DNA of 64,000 bases from an uncultured Chloroflexia bacterium (GCA_963754485.1 CAVWFY010000018.1:77469-141468), one strand, 5' to 3'. Positions 46,156-60,965 are shown, counted from the first letter of the stretch. The notes: generated by a model from the sequence alone, not told the origin. Made by a program: numbers and translations.

Positions 46156-47910
46156 CTAGCCGACGTCCCCGGCCCGGGCCGCCAGCGCCCGGCGGAGCGG
46201 CGCCCCGCTGGTGATCGCGCCCTCGGACGCCGACGATACGAGCGCGGCGTACTTGGCAAATGCGCCGGTGGTGTAGCGCGGCGCCGGCGGGGTCCAGCGG
46301 GCCCGGCGCTCGGCCAGGACCGCCTCGTCCACCTCGAGGTCCAGGGCCCGGTTCTCCACGTCCACGACGATGATGTCGCCCTCCTCGACGAGGGCGATCG
46401 GCCCGCCCACGGCCGCCTCGGGGGCCACGTGACCCAGCATCAGGCCGTGCGTGCCGCCGGAGAAGCGGCCGTCGGTGAGCAGCGCGACGTGCTCGCCCAG
46501 CCCCTCGCCGACGAGCGCGCCCGTGACGCTGAGCATCTCCTGCATCCCGGGGCCGCCGACCGGCCCCTCGTACCGGATGACGACGACGTCGCCCTCGTGG
46601 ATCTGGCGGGCCTTGACGGCGTCGAAGCAGGCGTTCTCGGAGTCGAACACGCGGGCCGGACCGCGGTGGTAGCGCCGCTCGTGGCCGGCCAGCTTCACGA
46701 TGGACCCGTCCGGCGCCAGGCTGCCGCGCAGGATCGCGTGGCCGCCGGTCTCCTTGATCGGCGTCTCGATCGGGTGGACGACGAGCTGGCCGGGCGTCTC
46801 GACGACGTCGGCCGCGATCTTCGCGATCGTGCGCCCGTCCACGGTCTTCTGGTCGCCGTGGAGGAGGTCGCGCTTGAGCAGCTCGCGCATCACGAGGGCG
46901 ACGCCGCCGGCCTCGTACATGTCCGAGGCGGCGTACCGGCCGCCGGGCCGCATGTCGGCGATCAGCGGCGTGCGGTCCACGACGGCCGCGAAGTCGTCGA
47001 GCGTGAGCGGGATGCCGAAGTCGGCCGCGATCGCGGGCATGTGGAGGGCCGCGTTGGTGCTGCCGCCGGTTGCCGACACGGACGCGATGGCGTTCTCGAG
47101 GGACTGCTTCGTGACGATGTGCGACGGCCGGATGTCGTGGTGGACGAGGGTCATCACGAGCTCGCCGGCCTTGCGCGCGGCCTCGTCCTTCTTCGGGTCC
47201 TCGGCGGGGATGCCGTTCAGGCCGGCGGGCGAGAGGCCCAGGAACTCCATCACGGTGGACATCGTGTTGGCCGTGAACTGGCCGCCGCAGGCGCCGGCGC
47301 CGGGGCAGGCACCGTTCTCCGCCTCGTACAGCTCCTCGAGGGTGATCTTGCCGGCGCGGTAGGCGCCGATCGCCTCGAACACCGTGACGACATCCGCCGG
47401 CTTGCCCTTGTAGGTGCCGGGCATGATCGTGCCGTTGTAGAGGACGAGCCCGGGGATGTCGAGGCGCCCGAGCGCCATCGCCCCGGCCGGGATCGTCTTG
47501 TCGCAGCCCACGAGGCAGACCAGGCCGTCGAACAGGTGGCCGCGCGCCACGAGCTCGATCGAGTCCGCGATGACCTCGCGGCTGATGAGCGACGCCTTCA
47601 TGCCCTCGGTGCCCATGGACACGCCGTCGCTGATCGAGATCGTCCCGAACTCCATCGGCGTGCCGCCCGCCGCGCGGATGCCCTCCTTGACGAACTCCGC
47701 CAGCCGCCGCTGGTTGAGGTTGCAGGGCATGGTCTCGATCCAGGTCGTCGCGACGCCGATGATCGGCCGGGCCAGGTCGTCGTCCGTGAAGCCGACGGCC
47801 TTGAGCATCGCCCGGGCCGCGGCGCGGTCCGGCCCGTCGGTCAGCGCGTGGCTGTGGCGCTTGCCGGGGTCGGAGGGGCGTGAGTAGGGGAGCGGGCGAT
47901 CGACGGCCAT
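46156..47910 (-). CDS. ilvD: dihydroxy-acid dehydratase (intact, 584 aa)
   Basis: MPCNLNQ...[13 protein letters not shown]...VGCDKTIP...[16 protein letters not shown]...[11 protein letters not shown] are IlvD Fe-S ligand and active-site contexts. The gene reads in a single uninterrupted frame. Confidence 0.95.
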   Translation of the reverse strand: MAVDRPLPYSRPSDPGKRHSHALTDGPDRAAARAMLKAVGFTDDDLARPIIGVATTWIETMPCNLNQRRLAEFVKEGIRAAGGTPMEFGTISISDGVSMGTEGMKASLISREVIADSIELVARGHLFDGLVCLVGCDKTIPAGAMALGRLDIPGLVLYNGTIMPGTYKGKPADVVTVFEAIGAYRAGKITLEELYEAENGACPGAGACGGQFTANTMSTVMEFLGLSPAGLNGIPAEDPKKDEAARKAGELVMTLVHHDIRPSHIVTKQSLENAIASVSATGGSTNAALHMPAIAADFGIPLTLDDFAAVVDRTPLIADMRPGGRYAASDMYEAGGVALVMRELLKRDLLHGDQKTVDGRTIAKIAADVVETPGQLVVHPIETPIKETGGHAILRGSLAPDGSIVKLAGHERRYHRGPARVFDSENACFDAVKARQIHEGDVVVIRYEGPVGGPGMQEMLSVTGALVGEGLGEHVALLTDGRFSGGTHGLMLGHVAPEAAVGGPIALVEEGDIIVVDVENRALDLEVDEAVLAERRARWTPPAPRYTTGAFAKYAALVSSASEGAITSGAPLRRALAARAGDVG

Positions 47911-47974
47911 GGGTTCTCCGGGACGTGACGGCGGGGTGTTCCGGGCCAGTATCGCCCGCGGGACGGGCGGCCCG

Positions 47975-49743
47975 CTACGCCGGCGAGGCCCCGCCCGGCC
48001 CCATGGCCTCGGCGACCCAGGCCTCGACGATCCCGCGCAGCGTCGGCAGCGCCACCGCGCCGTTGCCCAGGACCGTGTCGTGGAAGGCGCGGATGTCGAA
48101 GGCGGAGCCCAGCTGCTCGCGGGCCTCCGCGCGTAGCCGCAGGAGCTCCAGCTGGCCCAGCTTGTAGGCGAGGGCCTGGCCCGGGATCACGATGTAGCGG
48201 TCGACCTCGTTGACGATGTTGTTGGGCGCGAGGGCCGTGTGCGCGAGCATGAAGTCGATGGCCTGCTGGCGCGTCCAGCCCATCGCGTGCATGCCGGTGT
48301 CCACGACCAGGCGCGAGGCCCGCCAGGCGTCGAAGCTGAGGACGCCGATCCGGTCGAGGTCGCCGGAGTAGAGGCCCATCTCGTCGCCGAGCCGCTCCGT
48401 GTACAGGCCCCAGCCCTCGAAGAACGCCGTCGGGCCCAGGTGGCGGCGGAACGCCGGCAGGTCCGCGAGCTCCTGGGCGATGGCGATCTGGAGGTGGTGC
48501 CCGGGGATGGACTCGTGGTAGGCGAGGACCTCCGCCTCGTAGCGCGGCCGGGTCTCGGGATGGGCGGTGTTGATGAAGTACTGCCCGGGCCGCGATCCGT
48601 CGTCCGCCGGGTGGCGGTAGTAGGCGATCGTCGAGTGCTCTTCCTCGTGCGGCCCCATGCGCACCACGTCGCACGGCGCCTGCGGGAGGCGGCCGAACCA
48701 GCCCGGGATCGCCTCGGTGGCCCGCGCGAGGCGCGGAGACCGCCTTGGCGAACACCTCGTCGCGGGTCCCGAAGTGCAGCGCGGGATCGCCCCGCAGGGC
48801 GGCCAGCGCGTCGGGCAGGGTGCGGGTGCCGATCGTCCGGCCGGCGAGGTCCGCCAGCTCCGCGTCGATGCGGTCGATCTCGGCCAGGCCGATGCGGTGG
48901 AGCTCGTCCGGGGTCGCGTCCAGCGAGGTGTGCGCCCGGGCCAGGGCCTGGTAGATCGCGCTCACCGCCCGGGAGGTGGCACAGGCCGGGCTTGTCCTCA
49001 GGACGTGCGGCCGGCCGGATCTCGGTGGCGAGGGCCTCGTGGAGGCGGGTGAACGCCGGACGGATTCCGTCGGCGACCGCGGCCCGCAGGCCGGTCGCGA
49101 ACCGCTCGCGCTCCGTGGTGGTCCAGCCGTCGGTGGTCCCGGTGTCCGCGAGCGGGGCCAGCAGCGGCCAGTCCTCGTCGGGGCGTGCCAGCAGCTCGGC
49201 CAGGATGTCTGCCACGCGATCCACGGGGGCGCGGCAGGCCACGAGGCCCTCCGCGAGGGACTGCCGCAGGGTCGCCGTGTGCGGCGTCCGTGTAGGCGGG
49301 CATGGCGCGCCAGCGCTCGAGCATGACGGCCGCCTGGGCAGGGGTGGCGGCCGGCTGGTACTCACCGGCCTGGAGCAGATGGACCGGGATCCCGTCGAGC
49401 GGGTCCACGTTCCAGGCGAGCAGCCCGCTGTCGATGAACGTGAGGTCGGCACGGAGCCCCTCCCGGAGGGAGGACAGCGTGATGGCATCGCCGCCGCCCT
49501 TCCTGCCGGCGTCGAAGGCGCCCGCATCGAGGGCGCCAGGCATCGAGCGCCTCCGCCTGCGCCAGGATCGCGGCATAGCGGGCGCGGACGGCCGCCTGGC
49601 CGTCGGGCGTCGGGATCCGGGAGGTGGCCGTCGAACCGCGGGTCGCCGAGCGTCGTCGCGAACAGCGGGTTCGTCTCGAGGAAGGCGTCCCAGTAGGTCG
49701 CCGCGAGCGCGTCGATGGGTCGGGTGGCTGCAGGTTCGGTCAT
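47975..49743 (-). pseudogene. DUF885-family (metallopeptidase-like) protein, about 5 frameshifts
   Basis: Conserved text hops frames near 49605-49618, 49535-49548, 49278-49295, 48958-48975 and 48728-48745. The C-terminal block is intact ([19 protein letters not shown]...[10 protein letters not shown]...FFEGWGLY...). Confidence 0.75.
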
Positions 49744-49789
49744 GGTCAGCGGCAATGCTAGCGGCCGCGCGCGGCGTCCGTCCGAGGCC

Positions 49790-50982
49790 TCAGCGGATGC
49801 AGTCGCCCACGTCCACGGCGCGGGTCGCGCCGATCGCCGGCCGGATCCGCGCCCACACCGACCCCGGCGACAGCGCGTAGCCGACGGCCGGGTCGGTCTT
49901 CGACTCCGCGAACACCAGCCCGCCGACCGACCCGTCCTCGAGCACCAGCGGACCGCCCGAGTCGCCGGGCTCCACCTCGGCGCGCAGCTCGAGGATGTCC
50001 CGGGTCACGCGCTGGGTGCCGTAGATGTCGCGGCCCGTCGCGGGAGTACGTCCCGGAGACCGCGGCCGGCATCACCACCAGGGGACCGCCGCCCGCGAAG
50101 CCGAGCGCCGCCCCCAGCGTGCCGCGGTCGGGGTGTCGGCGGAGAGCTCCAGGACCGGGCCCTCGACATCGGGAGCGTGCAGGAGCGCGACATCGAGGTC
50201 GGGGTCGAACAGGACGACGGCGCGTCGGCCACGCCGTCGCCGGTGCGTCAGGCGGATCGTGGAGGCGCCGGCGACGACGTGGGCGTTGGTCACGAGGTAG
50301 CCGGGCGCGACGAGGAACGCGGTGCCCGTCACCTGCGTGTCGCAGGCTCGCGGTGACGACGCGTGCGGTGGCCTCCACGGCCCTGCCGGCGATCCGCTCG
50401 GCCTGCGGGTCCGTGGGCGGTGTCCACCGGCTGGAGCGGGATCGGCTCCAGGCCCACGAACACGTCCGGCAGGCCGGAGTCGTCCAGCGCGCCGGCGATC
50501 TGGCCGATCACGTCGATCGGCGGCGGGAGGTACTCGTCGATGGTGCGGACGGCCGTGGACTGGGACGCGGTCTGGGCGAGCCGCGGGAAGGGGCTGGCGA
50601 CCATGAGCGCCGCCCGCGAGCCAGATGATGAGCAGCGCCTGGGCGGCGCCGACGAGCCCGCCGGCGACCCGGTCCATGCCCGAGAGCACGCCCTCCCCGA
50701 GCCGCTCGGCGATCGCCCGCCCGATCGCGGAACCCAGCACCTCGCCCAGGATGACCGCGCCCAGGATGGCGCCGAGGACGACCAGCGCGCGCGGGATCGG
50801 CTCGAGCCCGGCCGTGACCTCCGAGCAGCCAGGGCGCGGCGTTGAGCATGACCAGCAGCCCGGTGACCGCCCCGCCGATGCCGCCGACCTGCGGCAGCGC
50901 CCCGGTCCGGATGCCGGCCAGCACGGCGAGCACCAGGACCAGGATCGCGATCAGGTCGATACAGGTTGGGGTTGAACTCCAC
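49790..50982 (-). pseudogene. CvpA-family membrane domain fused to a trypsin-like (S1) serine protease (MarP-like), at least 6 frameshifts
   Basis: Pieces lie in three frames: IDLIAILVLVLAVLAGIRTG..., MLGSAIGRAIAERLGEGVLSGMDRVAGGLVGAAQALLIIWLAGG, GTAFLVAPGYLVTNAHVV, VVLFDPDLDVALL, and EPGDSGGPLV...AVDVGDCIR-stop. Confidence 0.7.
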
Positions 50983-51075
50983 GCGGGGAGTATCGGCGAG
51001 GTCTGCGGATCCCGCCTCGGTCGGGTGGCCGCCAGCGGCGGACCGGGCGGCCGTGCGTGCTGCCTCGGCGCCGTG

Positions 51076-51713
51076 TCAGCCGGCGGCCGCGCTCCGATGC
51101 GCGTGTCGACCCGGGGCGGGTGGGCCGCCTCCCAGGCGCGCGATCTCGGCGTCCTTGCCGAGGACGTAGCCGATCTCGTCCGTGCCGGCCAGCAGCATCA
51201 TCTTGCGCGAACGGGTCGACGTCGAAGTCCAGGGTCGTGCCGTCCGGCAGGAGGATCCCCTGCTCGGCGAGGTCGACGCGGAGCTCCGCGTCCGGGTCCG
51301 CCTCGACCATCTCGAACAGGCGCCGCGTGCGTGGCCGGGTCGACCACGATCGGCAGCACGCCGTTCTTGAGCGCGTTGCTCTTGAAGATGTCCGCGAAGG
51401 AGGTCGAGAGGATGGCCCGGATGCCCCAGCTGCGGAGCGCCCACGGCGCGTGCTCGCGCGACGAGCCGGTGCCGAAGTTGTCGCCGACGAGGAGGATCTT
51501 GCCGGCCCTGCATCTCCGGGCGGTCGAGGATGAACCGGCGGGTCCTTCTTGGTGCCGTCCTCCTCGAAGCGGTAGTCGCGGAAGAGCGCCTCGGCGAGGC
51601 CCTCCTTGTCGGTGACCTTGAGGTAGCGGGCCGGGACGATCTGGTCCGTGTCGACGTTCTCGGCGGCCAGCGGGACGATCGCGGAGGCTGAAGGAGCGGA
51701 AGGGCTCGGCCAT
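51076..51713 (-). pseudogene. leuD: 3-isopropylmalate dehydratase small subunit, at least 5 frameshifts
   Basis: The text reads MAEPFRSFS / [34 protein letters not shown] / [10 protein letters not shown] / [23 protein letters not shown]...[13 protein letters not shown] / [18 protein letters not shown] / [13 protein letters not shown]. Breaks fall near 51685, 51540, 51512, 51325 and 51210. The 3' end is uncertain. Confidence 0.75.
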
Positions 51714-51715
51714 GG

Positions 51716-53158
51716 TCAGTACCCTCCGCCGACGGTCACGAGAGTCCTCGACGCCGGGGAGCGTGCGGGGATCGGTGACGACGCCGGTGATCGCGCTCGC
51801 GGCGGCGGTCAGCGGCGAGGCGAGGAACGTCCGGCCGCCCTTGCCCTGGCGGCCCTCGAAGTTGCGGTTGGACGTGCTGACCGCGTACTGGCCGGGCTGA
51901 AGCTGGTCGCCGTTCATCGCGATGCACATCGAGCAGCCGGCCTCGCGCCACTCGGCGCCCGCGGCGCGGAAGATCTCGTGGAGGCCCTCGCGCTCGGCCT
52001 GGGCCTTCACCTGCTGCGAGCCCGGGACGACCATCAGCCGCACGCCGTCGGCGACGTGGCGGTCCTTGAGCACGCTCGCGGCGAGGCGCAGGTCGCTGAT
52101 CCGGCTGTTCGTGCAGGAGCCGATGAACACGACGTCCACCGGCTGGCCGGCGATCGCCTGGCCGGGCGTGAGGTCCATGTACTCGAGCGCGCGCTCCAGG
52201 CCGCGGCGGGCCTGCGCGTCCGCGTGGTCCTCCGGGCGGGGCACGCGGCCGGTGATCGGGATGCCCATGCCGGGGTTGTTGCCGTAGGTGACCATCGGCT
52301 CGAGGGCGTCGGCGTCGATCACGATGGTCTTGTCGAACGTGGCGCCGTCGTCGGTGGGGAGCGTGCGCCACCTGGCGACGGCCGCGTCCCACGCCGCGCC
52401 CTGCGGGGCGTGTCGGCGGCCGTGGATGTACTCGAAGGTGGTGTCGTCCGGGGCGATCAGCCCGGCGCGGGCGCCGCCCTCGATGCTCATGTTGCAGATC
52501 GTCATCCGCTGTTCCATGGTCAGCGCGCGGATGGCCTCGCCGCGGTACTCGAACACGTGGCCCGTGCCGCCGCCGATGCCGATCCGGGCGATGAGCGCGA
52601 GGATGATGTCCTTGGCGCTGACGCCCGGGTTGAGGCGGCCGTCGACGCGGACCTCGTAGGTCTTCGGCTCGCGCTGGAGCAGGGTCTGGGTCGCGAGGAC
52701 CATCTCGACCTCGCTCGTCCCGATGCCGAACGCCAGCGCCCCGAACGCCCCGTGCGTCGCCGTGTGCGAGTCGCCGCAGACGATGGTCATGCCGGGCTGC
52801 GTCAGGCCCAGCTCCGGGCCGATGACGTGGACGATGCCCTGGGTGTCGCTGCCGAAGGCGTGGATCGGGATGCCGAAGTCCGCGCAGTTCGTCTCGAGCT
52901 GGCTGATCTGGGCCGCCGCCTGCATGTCGACCATCGGCAGGCCGCGCGGGGTCGTCGGCGTGCCGTGGTCCGCCGTGGCGACGGTCTTGTCCGGGCGGCG
53001 GACCGCGCGCCGCGGGTGCGGAGCCCGGTGAACGCCTGGGGGCTGGTGACCTCGTGGACGAGGTGGAGGTCGATGGCGAGGACGGCCGGGGCGCCCGGGT
53101 CCTGCGTGACGACGTGCTCGTCCCAGATCTTCTCGACGAGGGTTCGCGGTTTGGTCAT
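51716..53158 (-). pseudogene. leuC: 3-isopropylmalate dehydratase large subunit, frameshift near 53003-53012 (and possibly one at the 3' end)
   Basis: [17 protein letters not shown]...[12 protein letters not shown] continues after a shift as [16 protein letters not shown]...CGDSHT...[11 protein letters not shown]...MCIAMNGD.... As written, the frame runs straight into the leuD ATG. An out-of-frame TGA at 51716-51718 with GGAGGG upstream of the leuD ATG suggests the original stop. Confidence 0.85.
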
Positions 53159-53208
53159 GGCGGCGGCTGCTCTGCTGCGAGTGGGCGGGGAGGGAAGGTT
53201 ACCAGTGC

Positions 53209-53937
53209 TCAGCGCCCGGACGCCCAACGTGCTCCCCGTGCGTCCAGCACGGCCCACACCAGTGCCGGTCCGGGCCACGGCGCGACGCCGGAGAGGGCGG
53301 CGAGGGCATCGTCAGGGTGGGCGGGATAGGCGACTCGGAGCTGTGCGGCGAACTCGGCGGCCACGGCGCGGGTTGCGCGCGTGCGCCGGATGATCATCAG
53401 ACGGCTGACGATCGGCTCCTCGCCAAGGTGCGGCCAGCCCTCCCAGCTGGGCAGCGATTCGGCCTTCGCGGCCTGCCAGCGGACCATCTGTTCGAGCCGG
53501 CGCAGCTCCGACTGCAGCTCGGTTGCGACCACCAGCCGCTCGCGCGGCTCATGCAGCACCGCATCGATCCAGCCCCGGCTCGGCCGTTGGACCGCCACCT
53601 CCGTGAAGGCGCGCCATCGAGGGTGGAGCGTCCGCAGCGTCAGCTCCAGCATCGGCGCCTGGTGCCGATCGCGGATTGCCGGCCCGGTGTTGGCGTAGAG
53701 CCTCGTGCCCAGGTCGGCTCCCAGCGCCGAGGCAAGCCGCTGGTACGTCTCGATCGACGGCCGTGCCGTGCCGGCCTCGATCCGGTCGAGGAACCGGCGG
53801 TCGACGCCCGCCTCCGCGGCAAGGCGTGACCGGCTCACGCCGGCGTCCTCGCGGAAGCGCACGATGTCCTCGGCGAGGAGGGTGTGGCGTCGCCGGGTCG
53901 CACGCCGGACGGCGGCCTCGAAATCGGGCGTGGGCAT
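53209..53937 (-). CDS. XRE-type HTH protein with an unassigned ~160-aa C-terminal domain
   Basis: The N-terminal HTH reads [45 protein letters not shown]. The C-terminal part contains WIDAVL...[11 protein letters not shown], loosely like a PD-(D/E)xK motif. Confidence 0.6.
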   Translation of the reverse strand: MPTPDFEAAVRRATRRRHTLLAEDIVRFREDAGVSRSRLAAEAGVDRRFLDRIEAGTARPSIETYQRLASALGADLGTRLYANTGPAIRDRHQAPMLELTLRTLHPRWRAFTEVAVQRPSRGWIDAVLHEPRERLVVATELQSELRRLEQMVRWQAAKAESLPSWEGWPHLGEEPIVSRLMIIRRTRATRAVAAEFAAQLRVAYPAHPDDALAALSGVAPWPGPALVWAVLDARGARWASGR

Positions 53938-54228
53938 GGCATGGATTGAACCGCTGACGACTTACGCGGCACTTGTCCGGCATTGGGATCGGGGTCTGGG
54001 CGGTCCGGGACAGGGGTCCGGGACTGGCAGTCGCGTCTGACGACGGCGCGGACGAGGCTCGGGGACTCGCAGACCCCGGCCGGCCAGGGTTCGGCCGGGA
54101 TTCGGGACCTTGCGGGGACTGGGAGTCCCCGCAGGGCTGCCGGTGTAGCGATTCCGCGCCTGGCAGTCCCAGGGGGTCGCCCGGGCAGTGGAGCCACCCG
54201 GGCAGCCGCCGGGGCGCCGCCAGCCGAG

Positions 54229-54248
54229 GAACGTTGCGGAACGTTGCG
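54229..54248 (+). repeat. perfect tandem 10-mer GAACGTTGCG x2, followed by a third GTTGCG at the -35 position
   Basis: Copies lie at 54229-54238 and 54239-54248. A third GTTGCGT lies at 54257-54263. Confidence 0.8.
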
Positions 54249-54257
54249 GTTCGGTGG

Positions 54258-54287
54258 TTGCGTCCCTCGTGCGTGTGCGGCTACACT
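54258..54287 (+). promoter_or_regulatory. candidate ilvB-operon promoter
   Basis: TTGCGT (54258-54263), an 18-nt spacer, and TACACT (54282-54287). Confidence 0.4.
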
Positions 54288-54314
54288 CCGCACACCCGTC
54301 ATGGGACGGGCTGA

Positions 54315-54548
54315 TTGGAGTCAGGTCGCTTGGACTTCTCCCAGGGTCGCAACCGCAGCAGGATCGCCGTCGTCGTGACGGCCGATGGACGCCGCGTCAA
54401 CGTGCCCCTGCGCGACCTCGAGCCCCAGGGCGTATCCCCCCTCGACCTTATTCGCTCGCTCCTGGCCGGCCTTGAGAGCCTTCTTGGCCTCCTCATTACC
54501 GGCTCCCGGCGGGAGAACGGAGGAACGCGGAGGGACGGTCGCCACTGA
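54315..54548 (+). promoter_or_regulatory. candidate ilvBNC leader-peptide ORF rich in branched-chain residues
   Basis: The ORF contains RIAVVVTA (54360-54380) and LDLIRSLLAGLESLLGLLITG (54441-54509). Its TGA 54546-54548 sits next to a G-rich segment (54527-54536) that can compete for the terminator 5' arm. GC3 is higher than in the antisense ORF. The true start is unclear. Confidence 0.4.
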
Positions 54549-54573
54549 GGCGCCCGCCACCGAGAACCAAAGG

Positions 54574-54600
54574 GACCCTCGCCGGGTGGCGAGGGTCTTT
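54574..54600 (+). terminator. intrinsic terminator / attenuator hairpin upstream of ilvB
   Basis: GACCCTCGCC-GGGT-GGCGAGGGTC forms a perfect 10-bp stem followed by TTTGTAT. It lies 50 nt before the ilvB ATG. Confidence 0.7.
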
Positions 54601-54649
54601 GTATGTCCGGCGGTCGCGGGACCGGCGGGGAGAGGGACCCAGGCAGGAC

Positions 54650-58169
<3,520 letters not shown>

Positions 58170-58171
58170 CC

Positions 58172-59815
58172 ATGACGTTCGAGGCCATCACCCCCCGCTT
58201 CGGCGGCGGGGTACCGGCGGGGTCCATCCGGATCTTCGACACCACCCTGCGCGACGGCGAGCAGGCGCCCGGCGCCGGGCTGACCGCCGCGGAGAAGCTG
58301 GAGGTCGCCCGCCAGCTCGCACGGCTCAAGGTGGACGTGATCGAGGCGGGCTTCCCGTCCGCCTCGCCCGGCGACTTCGAGGCGGTCCGCCGGATCGCGG
58401 AGGAGACGAGGGGCGGCATCGCGGTCGCCGCGCTGGCCCGCTGCAAGGACGGCGACCCGCAGCGCGCGGTGGAGGCCATCGGCATCGCCGAGCGCCCGCA
58501 CCTGCACCTGTTCATCGCCACCAGCGACATCCATCTCACGCACAAGCTGCGCATCTCCCGCGAGCAGGCCCTGTCCGAGGCCGTCCGCTGGGTGAAGTGG
58601 GCCCGCCAGACCCTGGGCCGCGACGCCGAGATCGAGTTCTCCGCCGAGGACGCCTCGCGCACCGAGGACTCGTTCCTGCTCGACGTGTACGAGGCGGTCA
58701 CCGAGGCCGGTGCCTCGACGCTCAACATCCCGGACACCGTTGGCTACGCCATCCCGTCCGAGTTCGGCGCCCTCGTGGGCCGGGTCAAGGAGCGGATCGG
58801 CGACGCCGCCGTGATCAGCATCCACTGCCACAACGACCTGGGCCTCGCCACCGCGAACACGCTGGCCGCCGTCCAGGCGGGCGCCCGCCAGGTCGAGGTC
58901 ACGATCAACGGCCTCGGCGAGCGGGCTGGGAATGCGAGCCTGGAAGAGGTCGTCATGGCCCTCCGGACCCGTCCCGGGCAGTTCCCGAACCTGGTCTCCG
59001 GCGTCCAGACCGAGCAGATCACCCCGGCCTCGCGCCTGGTGTCCTACCTGACCGGGTTCGCGATCCAGCCCAACAAGGCGATCGTGGGCTCCAACGCGTT
59101 CGCCCACGAGTCCGGCATCCACCAGGACGGGTTCCTCAAGAACCCGCTGACCTACGAGATCATGACCCCGCAGTCGATCGGGCTGGCCGGGAGCACCCTG
59201 TCGATCGGCAAGCTGTCCGGCCGGCGCGGGCTCCAGGGCAAGCTCCGCGAGCTGGGCTACCAGGTGGACGGCGACGAGCTCGACGAGCTGTACCGCGCCG
59301 CGATCGCCCTGGCCGACACCAAGAAGGAGGTCAACGACGCGGACCTGCTGGCCCTCATCGAGCAGCGCAAGGCCGAGGTGCCGCGCACCATCGAGCTGCT
59401 GGGCTGGAGCATCAGCTCTTCGTCCGGCGGGCACTCGGTGGGCTCCGCGTCGGTCGTGGTCGCCGGCGAGGCGAAGGCCGGCGACTCCACCGGCAACGGC
59501 CCGGTCAACGCGCTGTACAAGGCCGTCGACGAGGCGATCACCCCCGTCCTCGGCTGGTACCCGGTCCTCACCGAGTACGAGATCAGGGCCGTCTCCGGCG
59601 ACGACGATGCACAGGGCCAGGTGCTGGTCCGCGCCCGCCGCTCGACGGACGAGGGACCGGGAGCCGTGGTCGTGACCGGCCATGGCCTGTCCACGAATAT
59701 CATCGAGGCCTCGCTCGAGGCGTACCTCGTGGCCGCCAACAAGCTCCATGCCGCGGAGGTCGACGGCGTCGCCGTGGCGTCGGTGGGCGGGCGCATCGCG
59801 GAGGACCTCCCGTGA
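58172..59815 (+). CDS. leuA: 2-isopropylmalate synthase
   Basis: [14 protein letters not shown]...[17 protein letters not shown]...[10 protein letters not shown] is followed by a C-terminal LeuA regulatory domain ([13 protein letters not shown]...). Confidence 0.93.
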   Translation: MTFEAITPRFGGGVPAGSIRIFDTTLRDGEQAPGAGLTAAEKLEVARQLARLKVDVIEAGFPSASPGDFEAVRRIAEETRGGIAVAALARCKDGDPQRAVEAIGIAERPHLHLFIATSDIHLTHKLRISREQALSEAVRWVKWARQTLGRDAEIEFSAEDASRTEDSFLLDVYEAVTEAGASTLNIPDTVGYAIPSEFGALVGRVKERIGDAAVISIHCHNDLGLATANTLAAVQAGARQVEVTINGLGERAGNASLEEVVMALRTRPGQFPNLVSGVQTEQITPASRLVSYLTGFAIQPNKAIVGSNAFAHESGIHQDGFLKNPLTYEIMTPQSIGLAGSTLSIGKLSGRRGLQGKLRELGYQVDGDELDELYRAAIALADTKKEVNDADLLALIEQRKAEVPRTIELLGWSISSSSGGHSVGSASVVVAGEAKAGDSTGNGPVNALYKAVDEAITPVLGWYPVLTEYEIRAVSGDDDAQGQVLVRARRSTDEGPGAVVVTGHGLSTNIIEASLEAYLVAANKLHAAEVDGVAVASVGGRIAEDLP

Positions 59816-59837
59816 CGGAGCGGCGGGCGAGGAGGCG

Positions 59838-60965
59838 GTGGGCGAGGGCTCGCCGCTCACGTATCGCATCGCGCTGATCCCCGGCGACGGCGTCGGCCGC
59901 GAGGTCATCGCCGGGGCCGTGTCCGTGCTCGAGGCCGTGGGCCGGAGGTTCGGGTTCGGGTTCGCGTGGGACGAGCTCATCGTCGGCGGGGCGGGGATCG
60001 ACGCGTACGGCGTGGCGATCCGCCCCGAGGACGTCGAGGTCTGCCGGGATTCCGATGCGGTGCTCCTCGGTGCGGTGGGTGGCCCGAAGTGGGACGACCC
60101 CGACGCGAGCGTCCGCCCGGAGCAGGCGCTGTTCGCCCTCCGCGGCGGTCTCGGCCTGTTCGCCAACCTGCGGCCCATCACCGTCGCGCCCCAGCTCATC
60201 TCGGCCTCGCCGCTCAAGCCGGAGCTGCTCGAGGGCGTGGACTGCCTGATCCTGCGCGAGCTCACCAGCGGCCTCTACTTCGGCAAGCCGTCCGAGCAGC
60301 GCGTGACCCCCGAGGGCCGGGCCGCCATCGACACCCTGTGGTACACGGAGGAGGAGATCCGGCGGATCGTCACGCTGGCCTTCGAGCTGGCGCGGACCCG
60401 CCGGCGCAAGGTCACGTCCGTGGACAAGGCCAACGTCCTCGCGACCTCCCGGCTGTGGCGCAAGGTGGCCGAGGAGGTCCATGCCGACTTCCCGGACGTG
60501 GAGCTGGAGCACCGGCTCGTGGACTCCGCGGCGATGGTCCTGGCCAAGTGGCCGGCGAGCTTCGACGTCCTCGTGACCGAGAACCTGTTCGGCGACATCC
60601 TGTCCGACGAGGCGGCGGTGATCGCCGGCTCGCTGGGGCTGCTGCCCTCGGCGTCGCTGGGGACGCGGACCACGGCGCACGGGCGCCACGGCCTGTACGA
60701 GCCCATCCACGGCTCGGCGCCGGACATCGCGGGCAAGGACCTGGCGAACCCGCTGGGGACGATCCTGTCCGCGGCGATGATGCTGCGCTGGTCACTGGGC
60801 CAGGCCGAGGCGGCCGCGGCGATCGAGATGGCCGTGAGCGACGCGCTCGATGCCGGCTACCGGACGAAGGACCTGCTGCCCGGCGAGGGCGGCGACGAGG
60901 TCGCCGTGACGCTGGTCGGGACGAGGGAGATGGCCCGCGTCATCGGAGAGCGGATCGCGATTTGA
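59838..60965 (+). CDS. leuB: 3-isopropylmalate dehydrogenase
   Basis: IALIPGDGVGREV...RELTSGLYFG...NLFGDILSDEAAVIAGSLGLLPSAS...GSAPDIAG. GTG 59838 follows GGAGG. Confidence 0.93.
   Translation: MGEGSPLTYRIALIPGDGVGREVIAGAVSVLEAVGRRFGFGFAWDELIVGGAGIDAYGVAIRPEDVEVCRDSDAVLLGAVGGPKWDDPDASVRPEQALFALRGGLGLFANLRPITVAPQLISASPLKPELLEGVDCLILRELTSGLYFGKPSEQRVTPEGRAAIDTLWYTEEEIRRIVTLAFELARTRRRKVTSVDKANVLATSRLWRKVAEEVHADFPDVELEHRLVDSAAMVLAKWPASFDVLVTENLFGDILSDEAAVIAGSLGLLPSASLGTRTTAHGRHGLYEPIHGSAPDIAGKDLANPLGTILSAAMMLRWSLGQAEAAAAIEMAVSDALDAGYRTKDLLPGEGGDEVAVTLVGTREMARVIGERIAI

Noticed and set aside
51198-52934. Apparent in-frame LeuC-LeuD fusion
   Set aside because: An out-of-frame TGA (51716-51718) preceded by GGAGGG sits 2 nt before the leuD ATG, which is the normal two-gene layout. 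In a region this rich in indels the in-frame junction is most simply another frame error.
54321-54560. 79-aa minus-strand ORF (NEEAKKALKAGQERANKVEGGYALGLEV...)
   Set aside because: It is codon-register antisense to the Leu/Ile/Val-rich plus-strand ORF and has lower third-position GC. It begins immediately after a strong hairpin with no room for a promoter or SD. The plus-strand attenuator reading explains the region better.
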